This document shows, piece by piece, positions 17,874 to 27,438 of a stretch of 64,000 nt of DNA. The notes under the pieces are model-generated. The model saw only the letters and a program-made list of their open reading frames with translations. It searched no databases and was not told where the DNA came from. The translations under genes were made by a program, and so were the position numbers. The DNA is from a virus (lineage: Duplodnaviria > Heunggongvirae > Uroviricota > Caudoviricetes), in IMG/VR virus record IMGVR_UViG_3300020156_000001, positions 298,321 through 362,320 of that record; one strand, written 5' to 3'. Every line of letters starts with the position of its first letter. Position 1 is the stretch's first letter.

Positions 17874-19100
17874 TTAGAGGAACTTCAGCGAAGAAGTGTT
17901 GATCGCTACGAGACCCAAGTAGTCTGCTGCGTTGCCGAGCGACGAAGCAGAGTTTGTGAGTTCCAAGTAACCGTAACGTGTCATGAACGAAACTACAGGC
18001 TCGAAAGTCTGTGGGTCGATAACAACGCCGGACGATGTTAGAGGAACGTATGGGCAGTAGTAAGCTGCTGCGTCGATTTCGCCCTGACCCTTGTAACCAA
18101 CGAGAACTGGTGTGTTGTCTGGTGCGTACTGGTCAACGTAAACGCGCATGGAGTTGTTGAGAGTACCAACGAACTTTGTGTTTGTTGGAGCTTCGAAAAC
18201 GCCTTCAGTTGTACGTGCGAAAGCCGAAGTTGTTGCCGACTGCAGAACTGTAAGTGCTGTTGGGGAAACAACGATCCAGTTACCTGGACCACGACGTGTA
18301 CGGGAAGCGATCAGGTTAGCCTGACGGTTGATGAGAACCGAAAGAGCAGCGTGTTCGTCGCCTACGAATGTAGCCGTACCGGAAACGTTTGCCTGGTCGT
18401 ATGTGGAAGTTGCAGCGCCTGGAAGACGACGTAGGGAAGTTAGGATTTCCTGGTCGATTTCTGCTGTGATTTCCTGTGCGAGAGCTGCCATTACTTCAGC
18501 TTCGATATCGATACCCTGCTGAGCCTGTGCGTCCTGAGCAGCTTCGAATGTCCAACGTGCGGACAAGCGACGTGTCTTGACTTCAACAGTTTCCTTGAGG
18601 ATCTGGATGCTCATACGGTTGCCCGGACGACCTTCCATAGTAGCTGTTGGAGCAGCGCCTGGGAATGCTGGGTTTTCGTTACCGGAGTAATACTTCGCGA
18701 TATCGAATGGGGACAGAGCTTCTGTACCAGCTGTTACGCCTGCTGTACCACCAACGGAGTCAGCGTAGCGAACGCGTAGTGTGTGGATCTGTGCAACTGG
18801 GCCAGTCATTGGCTGAACGCCGATGATTTCGTTAGCGATAACTGTTGGCATAACGCGACGTAGAACTGGCATAATAACCTTGTTCAGAGTAGCTACGTTA
18901 CCAGCAGATGTTGCGCCAGCTGTTGCATGTTCCATAAGAGGAGAACGCTTCATCATTTCCTGACGAGTGTTTTCCAGAACGGTTTCCATGATCTTCTTCT
19001 TAGTAGGATTTGGAGAACCATCCATGTTTACCAAGAGGTCGCGACCTTCGCAGAGCGCTTCCTTGGTCTTGTTCCAATTGCTTTCAAAAAGCTTGCTCAT
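17874..19100 (-). CDS. gp23: major capsid protein (T4 gp23 family)
   Basis: RRVMPTVIANEIIGVQPMTGP, KTRRLSARWTFE, YYCPYVPL, FMTRYG; start at MSKLFES. Confidence 0.97.
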   Translation of the reverse strand: MSKLFESNWNKTKEALCEGRDLLVNMDGSPNPTKKKIMETVLENTRQEMMKRSPLMEHATAGATSAGNVATLNKVIMPVLRRVMPTVIANEIIGVQPMTGPVAQIHTLRVRYADSVGGTAGVTAGTEALSPFDIAKYYSGNENPAFPGAAPTATMEGRPGNRMSIQILKETVEVKTRRLSARWTFEAAQDAQAQQGIDIEAEVMAALAQEITAEIDQEILTSLRRLPGAATSTYDQANVSGTATFVGDEHAALSVLINRQANLIASRTRRGPGNWIVVSPTALTVLQSATTSAFARTTEGVFEAPTNTKFVGTLNNSMRVYVDQYAPDNTPVLVGYKGQGEIDAAAYYCPYVPLTSSGVVIDPQTFEPVVSFMTRYGYLELTNSASSLGNAADYLGLVAINTSSLKFL

Positions 19101-19110
19101 TTTGATTTCC

Positions 19111-20526
19111 TTACTTTTCAATTCCGGCTAGGCGACGTAGTTCAAGAATCTCGTTTTGATTTTCTTCTACAATCTCTGCACGGGCAGACTCAGTTAGACG
19201 ATTGTTGCGGTCGCCCGTTACTTCGGAAGAAGTTGGACGCTTCGCAGTTACGGGGGTTTCCGACAACAACTGTCGACCCTTTGGCGAACTGCCCCTGTCA
19301 TTCTCATTGAGAATTGTTGGCAGATACTTGTTGAAGGCTTCCTTCAGAGCAGGGGTCTTGATATGCTCGAGAAGTTCACCCATTACAGCTCTTTTATCCT
19401 TGCTTAGCGGGGACAAAAGTTCATTCAGAGTACGCTGACGAGCAGCACGCTCTTCTGACAGCTTCACTCGACGCTGCATGGATTCAATTAGCTGAGCCTT
19501 TTCGTCGATTACCGCTGTTGCTTCATCGAGGCGAGCCTGAGCTTCCATCAGTTGATTCGAGAGTTTCTTAACCTGCGTGCCTTCGGAAAGGTAGCTGGTC
19601 ATGAATTCGCTTTGGAAAGCTTCGAATAGACGACGACCAAAAATGTTTTGGCGTGCTTCTACGAGGTCTTCCTTTAGTTGGGAAAGTTCCTTGCGGAGGT
19701 GTGCGTCCACAGTGGACTCAACAATCTTCGTTGCACGAGCAACGAAAGCCTTACGCTGTTCTTCCAATTTTGCCTTAGCTTCGGAAGCAAAACGAACACG
19801 CGCTTCAACAAGACCTTGCTTGTCTGCTTCGAATTCCTTGAGTTCCTTGCTGAGCTGACCAACAACAAACGACTCAAGCATTTTAACGCTCTTAGCTGTC
19901 TGGTTGTTGAGTTCAGAACGGTGTTCATTGAGGCTCTTAGCTACACGAACTTCTGTTTCAGCAAGAGAAGCCTTCTGGCTCTTTAGTGCGTTCAACTCTT
20001 CGTTTAGCTTAGAAACAACAAAGCCCTGGAGCTTGTCCATAGCTTCGGATAGTTTTGTATTATATTGGTCTTCCAGCGAAGCAGCCTGTTCGGCAACCTT
20101 TACACGCTGAACACGCAGGGCCTTGTGGTCCTGTGCAAATTCTGTTAGTTCTTTCTTCAGGGACTCCAGGAAGAAAGTTTCCATAACTTGGGTCTGGGAA
20201 GCAATCTTTGCCTTATACTCGGCGCGAGCTTCCTTGATAGCGGAAGTTAGACGTGTACGCTCTTCCTGCAGTGCCTTGAGTTCAGCCGCAGACTTTGCAG
20301 CGTAACCCTGAACAGCATCACCGAGCATACGATCCATTGCTTCGACAAGTTCGTTCTTGTCAGCAGCAAAACGGTTGGCATATTCTTCACGAAGCTTTGT
20401 TTCCTCTTCTTCGCGAACATTTGCACGTACTTCGTCCAGCTTCGAATTCCAAGCTTCGGCAAGAGCAGACTTGGTCTCATCGCTGAGAACCGTGCTCTCT
20501 AGAAGCTCTTTCAATCCTTTTTCCAT
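19111..20526 (-). CDS. gp22: prohead core scaffold protein (gp22-like)
   Basis: Long coiled coil directly upstream of the capsid gene; LLES N-terminus, LRRLAGI C-terminus; TAAATA at 20611..20606. Confidence 0.85.
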   Translation of the reverse strand: MEKGLKELLESTVLSDETKSALAEAWNSKLDEVRANVREEEETKLREEYANRFAADKNELVEAMDRMLGDAVQGYAAKSAAELKALQEERTRLTSAIKEARAEYKAKIASQTQVMETFFLESLKKELTEFAQDHKALRVQRVKVAEQAASLEDQYNTKLSEAMDKLQGFVVSKLNEELNALKSQKASLAETEVRVAKSLNEHRSELNNQTAKSVKMLESFVVGQLSKELKEFEADKQGLVEARVRFASEAKAKLEEQRKAFVARATKIVESTVDAHLRKELSQLKEDLVEARQNIFGRRLFEAFQSEFMTSYLSEGTQVKKLSNQLMEAQARLDEATAVIDEKAQLIESMQRRVKLSEERAARQRTLNELLSPLSKDKRAVMGELLEHIKTPALKEAFNKYLPTILNENDRGSSPKGRQLLSETPVTAKRPTSSEVTGDRNNRLTESARAEIVEENQNEILELRRLAGIEK

Positions 20527-20782
20527 CTGGAACTCTCCTTTGTTGATCCATTTCTGAATCAGTTGTCTTAAAACAGAATTTTATTCCTGTTTAAGCTCAC
20601 AAAATTATTTATAAGTCAGTCAATTTATTGGTATCAAATAGGCTCAAAACTGTAGTTTTTGATATTTCTTTGAACCTATACTTGTCATGCTTAGGTTATC
20701 ACTGCCAATCCTATTTACGGAATTCTGGTTGACAAAACAGGAACCAGTGCTAGATTACCAATAAGACAAAAGGAGATCGCAC

Positions 20783-20932
20783 ATGGAACAGCTAGTTGGA
20801 AAGACCATCAAACGGACTGCAACTTATGGAACCACTTTGCGGATCTGGTTTACTGATGACACTGTGCTTGATGTTCGGATCAGCACTTCGGGTATCGAAC
20901 CCTATTTGGACGTTCGGCTGGAGAGCAAGTAA
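20783..20932 (+). CDS. small early protein (49 aa, not in the ORF track)
   Basis: Promoter TTGACA..GCTAGATT at 20729..20756; AGGAGATCG RBS; MEQLVGKTIK...; TAATG coupling to the next gene. Confidence 0.7.
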   Translation: MEQLVGKTIKRTATYGTTLRIWFTDDTVLDVRISTSGIEPYLDVRLESK

Positions 20933-21162
20933 TGGGTGATCGGGTCAAAACAACCAAGACCACAACTGGCATTTACCGGTTTTCCTATAAGGGCCGGGAA
21001 TTTGAAGTTGAGAATATGGCTGTTGGATCCGACGGCGAAACCAAAGGCTGGTTCATGTTCGAGCTTGAAGCCGATGGTGATCGCGAATACATCAACGATT
21101 ACGACACCAAGCGTTTTGCAATTGCTCGCACAATCGAGCGTATTGATGCAGGAGAGATTTAA
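20932..21162 (+). CDS. hypothetical early protein
   Basis: Coupled operon. Confidence 0.7.
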   Translation: MGDRVKTTKTTTGIYRFSYKGREFEVENMAVGSDGETKGWFMFELEADGDREYINDYDTKRFAIARTIERIDAGEI

Positions 21163-21344
21163 TGGAAAAAGCAACTCTTCGCCGCGAAAACGGTAACGTC
21201 AACATTGCGGGGTTTCCGGTTCCATTCAACGGACGCTGGGTAGCGCGTGATTCCAAAGGCCATTATTTGGATCACGACAAGTATCGGCATGATCTTTCTG
21301 ATCGGCTTTCAAACAAGTATGAAGTGGAGATTATCGGTGACTAA
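21162..21344 (+). CDS. hypothetical early protein
   Basis: Coupled operon; GGAG RBS. Confidence 0.65.
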   Translation: MEKATLRRENGNVNIAGFPVPFNGRWVARDSKGHYLDHDKYRHDLSDRLSNKYEVEIIGD

Positions 21345-21660
21345 CAAGGTTTACGATCTGGATGCAAGAAAAGGCAAGTCGCTGATGGAGCTCATGCGGC
21401 TTGATCTTCCATTTACCGGAATCATGCCCGATGAGTTTGAATATCGTGATACTGATGTTCGGTTTATCTACTCGGACTTGGGTATCAGCCGGGAAAAACT
21501 GGAAAAGCTGCTGTGCCTCACGGTGCGCCACAACGGCATTGACAGGAAGTTTGCCTACGTTACTGTGATGGTTGAAGAAACCGGCGAAGTCGAGTTCAGT
21601 TCTCTTCATGAACTAGATCTGCCCGTTACTATCAAGCATACGGTGGCGGTGTTCGAATGA
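21337..21660 (+). CDS. hypothetical early protein
   Basis: In-frame GTG at 21337 after GGAG. Confidence 0.6.
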   Translation: MTNKVYDLDARKGKSLMELMRLDLPFTGIMPDEFEYRDTDVRFIYSDLGISREKLEKLLCLTVRHNGIDRKFAYVTVMVEETGEVEFSSLHELDLPVTIKHTVAVFE

Positions 21661-21896
21661 TGGAGAAACTGGCAAATGGCTCTTTTATAAGCGAGGAGTT
21701 GCTCAAAGCCAAATACATTGGTAGTGAGCCAAACATCAAGCAGGTTCGTTTGATGTGCCAGCACATCCATGCAATGGAAACTGATGGGTCGATCGAAAAC
21801 GTCAACAACCACACCTATCGGGTCGAAGTTAAAAATCAAACTACTATCGAAACCGACAGTTACGTTGAAGCATTGGGAGTATTTAACGCATTATGA
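21657..21896 (+). CDS. hypothetical early protein
   Basis: ATGA overlap. Confidence 0.65.
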   Translation: MMEKLANGSFISEELLKAKYIGSEPNIKQVRLMCQHIHAMETDGSIENVNNHTYRVEVKNQTTIETDSYVEALGVFNAL

Positions 21897-22144
21897 GTCT
21901 CAGTGATTTTAAAAGTCCATACGGCACTCCACGTGCCTATATCCAGCACGACACGGATCAATGGCTGGCGGTAGAAACGCCCGACGGCAGCTTTCGTTAT
22001 TTCTTTGCCCCAAACTGGACTTACTTTGAGAAGGACTTGGCGACAGAAATCACCGAGGCAGAATACGAAGAAAAAATGGCTGAGACACGCCTGCGGATTC
22101 AAGAAGAGATCGAACGCCGGCGGAAGAATGGTGGGAGGTTCTAA
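21893..22144 (+). CDS. hypothetical early protein
   Basis: ATGA overlap. Confidence 0.65.
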   Translation: MSLSDFKSPYGTPRAYIQHDTDQWLAVETPDGSFRYFFAPNWTYFEKDLATEITEAEYEEKMAETRLRIQEEIERRRKNGGRF

Positions 22145-22857
22145 TGGATCCTTTTATGAACCTACCGGATATTGGCAAGCTATTCGAGTCTGCTCGTCGG
22201 CTTGTGGCGTATCGTGATGAACGTGACAAGCTGATCAATCCTCGGCTGGATCCAGTACAAAATCCATATAACAGCATTGAGCAGAATCTTATAGATCCTT
22301 CCCCGCATGAAATTGCCGAGTTTGCAGAAACCGCTGCAATCAATGAGATGGCGCTTAATGCGGCTCATCGTTTGCTTTACAAGGCTGCGCTTGAACACGA
22401 TGATATAAAAGAGGATCTTCGTTCCATCTTTTTGAGGGTGATCCTCTATTATGGGACGGATATCCAAAAGAGACGCGATGTACTTGTTCGTCACCAACAC
22501 GAGCATGAAGCCAAGCGTAAAAGTATTATGCACCGGAATGAACTCCGTGTGAAGGTCGCCCAAGCGTCCTCCACTGCATTCAAAAACAAGCTCAACGAGA
22601 CCGAAGACCTACTAAAGGTACGCAAAGCAAAAATGGTGCGGTCGATGAACAAGGCGCTTGCGGTTGCCGGAGGACCAGATTTCCTACATCCGGTGGACGC
22701 ATACGTGTTTCGTATTATGCAAAAGCATGATTGGGTTGGGTTCGACGGCAGTATTTTCTGCTGTAAAGAGCAAAATGTTATGGCCGAGGATCTTGGCACA
22801 AGCATTGAAATCATTCAGGAAATTCTAAACTTCCTGAAAAGTCAAAAACAGGCTTGA
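22144..22857 (+). CDS. hypothetical protein
   Basis: GGAGG RBS; TAATG coupling. Confidence 0.75.
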   Translation: MDPFMNLPDIGKLFESARRLVAYRDERDKLINPRLDPVQNPYNSIEQNLIDPSPHEIAEFAETAAINEMALNAAHRLLYKAALEHDDIKEDLRSIFLRVILYYGTDIQKRRDVLVRHQHEHEAKRKSIMHRNELRVKVAQASSTAFKNKLNETEDLLKVRKAKMVRSMNKALAVAGGPDFLHPVDAYVFRIMQKHDWVGFDGSIFCCKEQNVMAEDLGTSIEIIQEILNFLKSQKQA

Positions 22858-22911
22858 CACGTTCCTATCCTATGTTAGTTTAGGAATACGACAACGCAAC
22901 GGAGATCGAAG

Positions 22912-23301
22912 ATGACCAAGCTTACTGAACGCGAAGAACTCCTCACCCTCATCTCCGACCTTTACAAGGACGTTTACGGTTGCCGCCCGCGCGGTATCTT
23001 CTCCGACTGCACAGTCGAGGAACTCCGCGCAGAGTTCGACTCGCTCTGCGAATCCAACGAGCGCAAGATGGCCGAAGACGCCCAGATGGAAGCCGAAGCC
23101 GCCGAAGAATTTGAGAAGCGTGTTTCGGAAACCATTGCAATGGGTGCCGGTGATCGCGAAACGGCCTTGCGTTGGATCTTTGAGGCCGACGACCTTATGG
23201 AAGTTGTTGGAATCTACGGTGGCACCTACGCAACATACTCGCTGGGTCTTCCATACCACTACTTTGAAGCTGAATTCCCATCCTACCCTAAGGCTGCATA
23301 A
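22912..23301 (+). CDS. conserved-type phage hypothetical protein
   Basis: ISDLYKDVYGCRPR and GAGDRETALRW motifs; promoter TTGACA..GTTAGTTT at 22854..22881. Confidence 0.8.
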   Translation: MTKLTEREELLTLISDLYKDVYGCRPRGIFSDCTVEELRAEFDSLCESNERKMAEDAQMEAEAAEEFEKRVSETIAMGAGDRETALRWIFEADDLMEVVGIYGGTYATYSLGLPYHYFEAEFPSYPKAA

Positions 23302-23359
23302 TCTCGGTTGACAGTTTGCGTTCCTATGTTAGGATTCAGGAACAAACAGGAGATCGAAG

Positions 23360-23755
23360 ATGATTAAGAACTCTCGCATTGATGCTTGCGAACTGGATGA
23401 TGAGCCAAAGATCCTTGCGGAGATGGCTGAGGCCAAAGGCTGGCCGATTATCTGTGTAACAGAGTTTGCAAACGGCTTGTATTACCCAGATTACGAAACT
23501 GCACCAGACTTCTACGGCGAATACTTCTTCGACACCAAAAAGCTGGTCGAGGATCCCGCTGTGTATCGTGACATGGGTTGCATTCGCTATGTCGCATACA
23601 TTCTTGAATCTTCGCTTGCTGGTCACTCCGATACCACTGCTTCGCGCAAATACTCGTTCGGTGATACTAAGGATTGGTGGGACGCATTTGCTCCCAACAA
23701 GGATGACATCGAAGGTCGTGAAGTGATCCAGATCGCCGTAGCGGTCAACTATTAG
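23360..23755 (+). CDS. hypothetical early protein
   Basis: Promoter at 23308..23335; AGGAGATCGAA RBS. Confidence 0.8.
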   Translation: MIKNSRIDACELDDEPKILAEMAEAKGWPIICVTEFANGLYYPDYETAPDFYGEYFFDTKKLVEDPAVYRDMGCIRYVAYILESSLAGHSDTTASRKYSFGDTKDWWDAFAPNKDDIEGREVIQIAVAVNY

Positions 23756-24030
23756 GCTTGCTTAGACTGAATGTACTGGAGAAGCTCGTCCGATTGGGCG
23801 AGCTTTTTTGCTACTCGCTCACCAACGCTTTTAGCTTCATCTGGGCTCATACCCATGGAGCGGTCAGCACGAAACGCAACAGCCGCAACTTGCTCACGCA
23901 TACGATTTGCATCAATCTGCTTGTTAGTGTCGGGCTTAGCAAAATAGTTGTCTACGATCTTCTTCGCGCGTTCCGCGGCCATGTTTAGGACACCACCGTC
24001 CACGCTTTCAGTTAGCTCGTTGTATCTCAT
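23752..24030 (-). CDS. putative internal head protein
   Basis: N-terminus MRYNELTES; late promoter at 24168..24163, via a 37-aa upstream ORF at 24140..24027. Confidence 0.6.
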   Translation of the reverse strand: MRYNELTESVDGGVLNMAAERAKKIVDNYFAKPDTNKQIDANRMREQVAAVAFRADRSMGMSPDEAKSVGERVAKKLAQSDELLQYIQSKQA

Positions 24031-24206
24031 TTCTTTTTCTTCTGCTTTGTAGGTTGGTTAAAGTAAGTTTCGGCCACACGAAGTGCCTTGCGTGGATCAT
24101 CGCAATTCATAGCGCGTAGGGCTTGAAAGAAGTTCATCATAATTTTTCTCCTGGGACATTTTTATTTAGTTTGACTTTAACCTATCCATCAGTGTAGGAA
24201 AAGGCT

Positions 24207-24818
24207 ATGATAGATCCGTACAAGATTACCAATTACAATCGCACCGATGTTGAACTCGAAGAGTTTTGGCTGTTTTGCCTCGCTGTAGCGGGTAAGAAAG
24301 CCACGATGATTGCAAACAAGGTGGATGAGTTTCTTCGCCCCGTGCTTAGTGGTCAAAGTCTGTTCAAGACGCCATTTGATCTCATCACTTATATGAGTAT
24401 CTCTGGCGGTGCAGGATCAATTCTGGATCTTGCTTTGCGTGATGTGAAGATGGGTAAATATGCGCTGTTGAGCAAGGGCTATGCAGAGTCCGCAGCAAAG
24501 GGAAATATGTGGCTACGAACAGCCAGTGCTGAGGTCATTCGTACCAGCATTACGGGCGCCGGCTATAAGACATCTCGCTTCTTTACACTCCATAGTAGGG
24601 AGAACGAGCAAGTTGCAGTCATTGACACGCATATGCTCAAATATTTGAAGCATATTGGTGCGCCAAATGTTCCTGATGGTATTCCAAACGGACCGGACTA
24701 TCTGAGGCTAGAAAAGCTCCTCCTCGCAGAAGCTGCAAAGAAGAGCTTGACTATGGCCGACTTTGATTTGAAGATTTGGTCCCACTACGCGAGTAAGGGA
24801 GCTACTCCGCTCCCTTGA
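24207..24818 (+). CDS. HhH-GPD DNA glycosylase/lyase (8-oxoguanine glycosylase-like)
   Basis: HhH GAGYKTSRFF with the catalytic Lys, plus AVIDTHMLKYL with the catalytic Asp; YLRLE and DFDLKIW. Confidence 0.75.
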   Translation: MIDPYKITNYNRTDVELEEFWLFCLAVAGKKATMIANKVDEFLRPVLSGQSLFKTPFDLITYMSISGGAGSILDLALRDVKMGKYALLSKGYAESAAKGNMWLRTASAEVIRTSITGAGYKTSRFFTLHSRENEQVAVIDTHMLKYLKHIGAPNVPDGIPNGPDYLRLEKLLLAEAAKKSLTMADFDLKIWSHYASKGATPLP

Positions 24819-25010
24819 TTACTTTACGCCACGTGCAATGGCGTCTTCGATCATCTTTTCGGCCTTGCGAATATCTCGGGCCGAGAAGCCTGCAAGCTTC
24901 ATCGCTTCAACACCCTTGCGGGCCTTTTCTAGCGGCGAATCAGTTGGAGCGCAACCGACGATGCGTTCGATGACTTTAGCTTCTTCTGCGTTAAGCTTTC
25001 TGCTTGGCAT
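24819..25010 (-). CDS. hypothetical early protein
   Basis: GGAG RBS; second gene of a minus-strand early unit. Confidence 0.6.
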   Translation of the reverse strand: MPSRKLNAEEAKVIERIVGCAPTDSPLEKARKGVEAMKLAGFSARDIRKAEKMIEDAIARGVK

Positions 25011-25011
25011 C

Positions 25012-25239
25012 TTAAGCTCCCCGAGTGAAGTAAGAAATTTGGTCTTGAGATACTAATTCCCCATTAACCCGGATGAGGTCAACTACAATCTCAAAATTCG
25101 GATCGTATTCGGATTCAACTGCGGCTTCAACTTCCTCCACTGAAAGTCCAAGTTTCACAGCCATAACCGCAACTGGCATTGAACCAGATTTACCCATGAC
25201 CCGTTTGATGTCGCTTCTAATTTTTGTTACCGGTTTCAT
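25012..25239 (-). CDS. small HTH-like early protein
   Basis: Promoter TTGACT..GCTAGATT at 25296..25269; AGGAGATCGAAG RBS; AVKLGLSVEEV. Confidence 0.6.
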   Translation of the reverse strand: MKPVTKIRSDIKRVMGKSGSMPVAVMAVKLGLSVEEVEAAVESEYDPNFEIVVDLIRVNGELVSQDQISYFTRGA

Positions 25240-25350
25240 CTTCGATCTCCTGTTGCGCTGTTATGTTCAATCTAGCGCAAATAGGATTCCAGTCAACAGT
25301 TGATATGGAAATAGGACAGGTGTTCTTCCTGTCCTATACCACTTAGTTAA

Positions 25351-25968
25351 TTAAGACTTAATCTGGCCAACGTTGGTGCCCGACTTTTGCTGGGCCATTG
25401 GTGTTTTACCACCATCACGCTTGGTACCTGGCATTTTGCGAGGCATTGCGCCATCGCCCTTTGCAGCTTTAGTACCATTAAAGTTGATACCCTTCTGCTG
25501 AGCATTGCCGTTGCCTGTTTCCATAACAACGTCTTCAGCCACTGGTCCACCAGGAATGGTGTTACCATAAACCGCAACCAGATCATTCATCAACTCGGTT
25601 GCTACATTATAAGCTGAGGTCATACCAGTTTTACCATAGGAGCGACCATAGTTGAAGATCTGCAAAAGCACATCATCAAGCGGTTCGCCTTGAATGCTTT
25701 CCTCTAGTTGTTCAGCTTCATCGTCTTCAACGGCTTCTTCAATACGAGACTCATGTGGAGCATAATGATCCAGAATCATGTTTACGTATTGCGAAGCACG
25801 CGATTCATTGTTGTTCTTACCAAAGCTGTAAATCTTCCAAAGCATAGTGGACAAAGACTCATGCGCCTCATCCAAAACTTCTTCAGTTTCTTCAACAACT
25901 GCTTCCTCAACCTGCGATTCAACGCTTTCCATGAGGTTCATAATTTTACGTAGATCTTGTCCGGACAT
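25351..25968 (-). CDS. acidic head-associated protein
   Basis: DLRKIMNLMES N-terminus; internal duplication (LWKIYSFGK / LLQIFNYGR); lies in the protease operon. Confidence 0.7.
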   Translation of the reverse strand: MSGQDLRKIMNLMESVESQVEEAVVEETEEVLDEAHESLSTMLWKIYSFGKNNNESRASQYVNMILDHYAPHESRIEEAVEDDEAEQLEESIQGEPLDDVLLQIFNYGRSYGKTGMTSAYNVATELMNDLVAVYGNTIPGGPVAEDVVMETGNGNAQQKGINFNGTKAAKGDGAMPRKMPGTKRDGGKTPMAQQKSGTNVGQIKS

Positions 25969-25978
25969 TTTGTCCTCC

Positions 25979-26689
25979 TTATTTGAAAATTGAGCCGCTT
26001 TGGAACATCTGCTTTATACGAGCCAAGCCATCTAAGTAGGCTTGCTTCTTGTCCTCAGAAGCCCAATATGAAGTACGCTTTGTTGGATCTAGATCATCAT
26101 GCTTGATCGCAATATCGATGACTGGCTTGCTGTTCACGTAGACAGTGAATAGAGCCTTTCCAAGACCATAATTTCCATTACCATGCCATCCATCAATCGT
26201 GATACGAGGGCCAGGACCTTCAAATGCTATTTCAAACATTGCACTCTGATTTGTGCGCTTGCCTTTATACCCTTTTGACTTCATCACCTGCATGATCAGT
26301 TTGATCACGGCTTCAGTTTCAGCATTTGTGGAAGTTAGATTGAGATCGGATGCCTCAACAATCGATGAAACTGCTTCACCAACAACTGGATCAGCGTCTG
26401 AGTATTGACGTGTCCATTTTGTGATCACATTTAGAAGCTTTTGAATGCCACGCTCATTGGCTGGAAATTCAAATGTTTCATCTGTTTTCCAAGTTGTGCG
26501 ATTAAACAAGTAGGCGTCAAATGTAGTTGAGTGCTCATGAGCCTTAACCACGATATAAAAGTTCTCAGAAAGAATCTTTGAAAACTGAATTCCAGGAATG
26601 CTTTCCTTGAAACCAAACTTTCCAATTAGGGTTTGGTTACAAAATTCGATCGGATTAATTTTTGATTCGTATAGCTCATAAGCTCGCAT
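25979..26689 (-). CDS. putative internal head protein
   Basis: N-terminus MRAYELYES; directly downstream of the prohead protease. Confidence 0.65.
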   Translation of the reverse strand: MRAYELYESKINPIEFCNQTLIGKFGFKESIPGIQFSKILSENFYIVVKAHEHSTTFDAYLFNRTTWKTDETFEFPANERGIQKLLNVITKWTRQYSDADPVVGEAVSSIVEASDLNLTSTNAETEAVIKLIMQVMKSKGYKGKRTNQSAMFEIAFEGPGPRITIDGWHGNGNYGLGKALFTVYVNSKPVIDIAIKHDDLDPTKRTSYWASEDKKQAYLDGLARIKQMFQSGSIFK

Positions 26690-26697
26690 AAAGCACC

Positions 26698-27330
26698 TTA
26701 CTTCAAAGCATTAATAAAGTTGACCAGTTCAGCCTGTAGGTACTTTTGTGCCTTAGCATCATGAACCATGGACTCTGCTAGGTCCTGAGTGATAGCACCA
26801 CGACGCATGTTGAATGCTTCGTAAACAGCCTTTGGGTAAGCCGCTGGAGCCGATGGACGAGCCACAACGTCAACAGTTACAATTTCAAAGTCGCTAACAT
26901 CACCAGTTTCAGTAACGTTACCAGAACCACGCGAAGAAACGCCAAGCTTTACGCCGGATTCCAAAAGCGTGCGAACAATGTTACCCATTGGAGTTGGGAG
27001 AACTTTAAGCTTACCAATACCGTTTGGACCATCCATGTACATTTCTGTAATCATGTGGGAAACGCGGTCAAGATTGATGTTTAGTTCTTCTGGGTGATCT
27101 GCTTCACCGAGAATGCTTTCACCACGACGGAGAACTTCATTGAGTTGCTCCACAGCGTTACGGATTTCGTTTACCGGATATACGCGCTGATTGTGATTCT
27201 TCACGCCGCCCTGCACAAAAATGCCGCGCATGTAGAGATCTTTTGGCTTACCAGATTCATTTAGGCCACCGCCTTCAAGAAGGACTTGAGCCTGATCGAA
27301 GGTCATTGCTTCAGTAAGGAAGTTTGCCAT
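26698..27330 (-). CDS. gp21: prohead core protein protease (T4 gp21 family)
   Basis: KNHNQRVYP, GEADHP, RVSH, LGVSSRGSG, DVVARPSAPAA. Confidence 0.96.
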   Translation of the reverse strand: MANFLTEAMTFDQAQVLLEGGGLNESGKPKDLYMRGIFVQGGVKNHNQRVYPVNEIRNAVEQLNEVLRRGESILGEADHPEELNINLDRVSHMITEMYMDGPNGIGKLKVLPTPMGNIVRTLLESGVKLGVSSRGSGNVTETGDVSDFEIVTVDVVARPSAPAAYPKAVYEAFNMRRGAITQDLAESMVHDAKAQKYLQAELVNFINALK

Positions 27331-27397
27331 TCATTTTGCCCCTAATTAAGAGTTGGAATTCCACAAGTATTTACTGGTGTTTTAAGTTTTGATACAG

Positions 27398-27421
27398 AAA
27401 TGGGTCCCGAAGGACCCATTT
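27398..27421 (-). terminator. terminator with a cUUCGg tetraloop
   Basis: AAATGGGTCC-TTCG-GGACCCATTT on the minus strand. Confidence 0.75.
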
Positions 27422-27438
27422 AAGATAGATTTGTGGAA

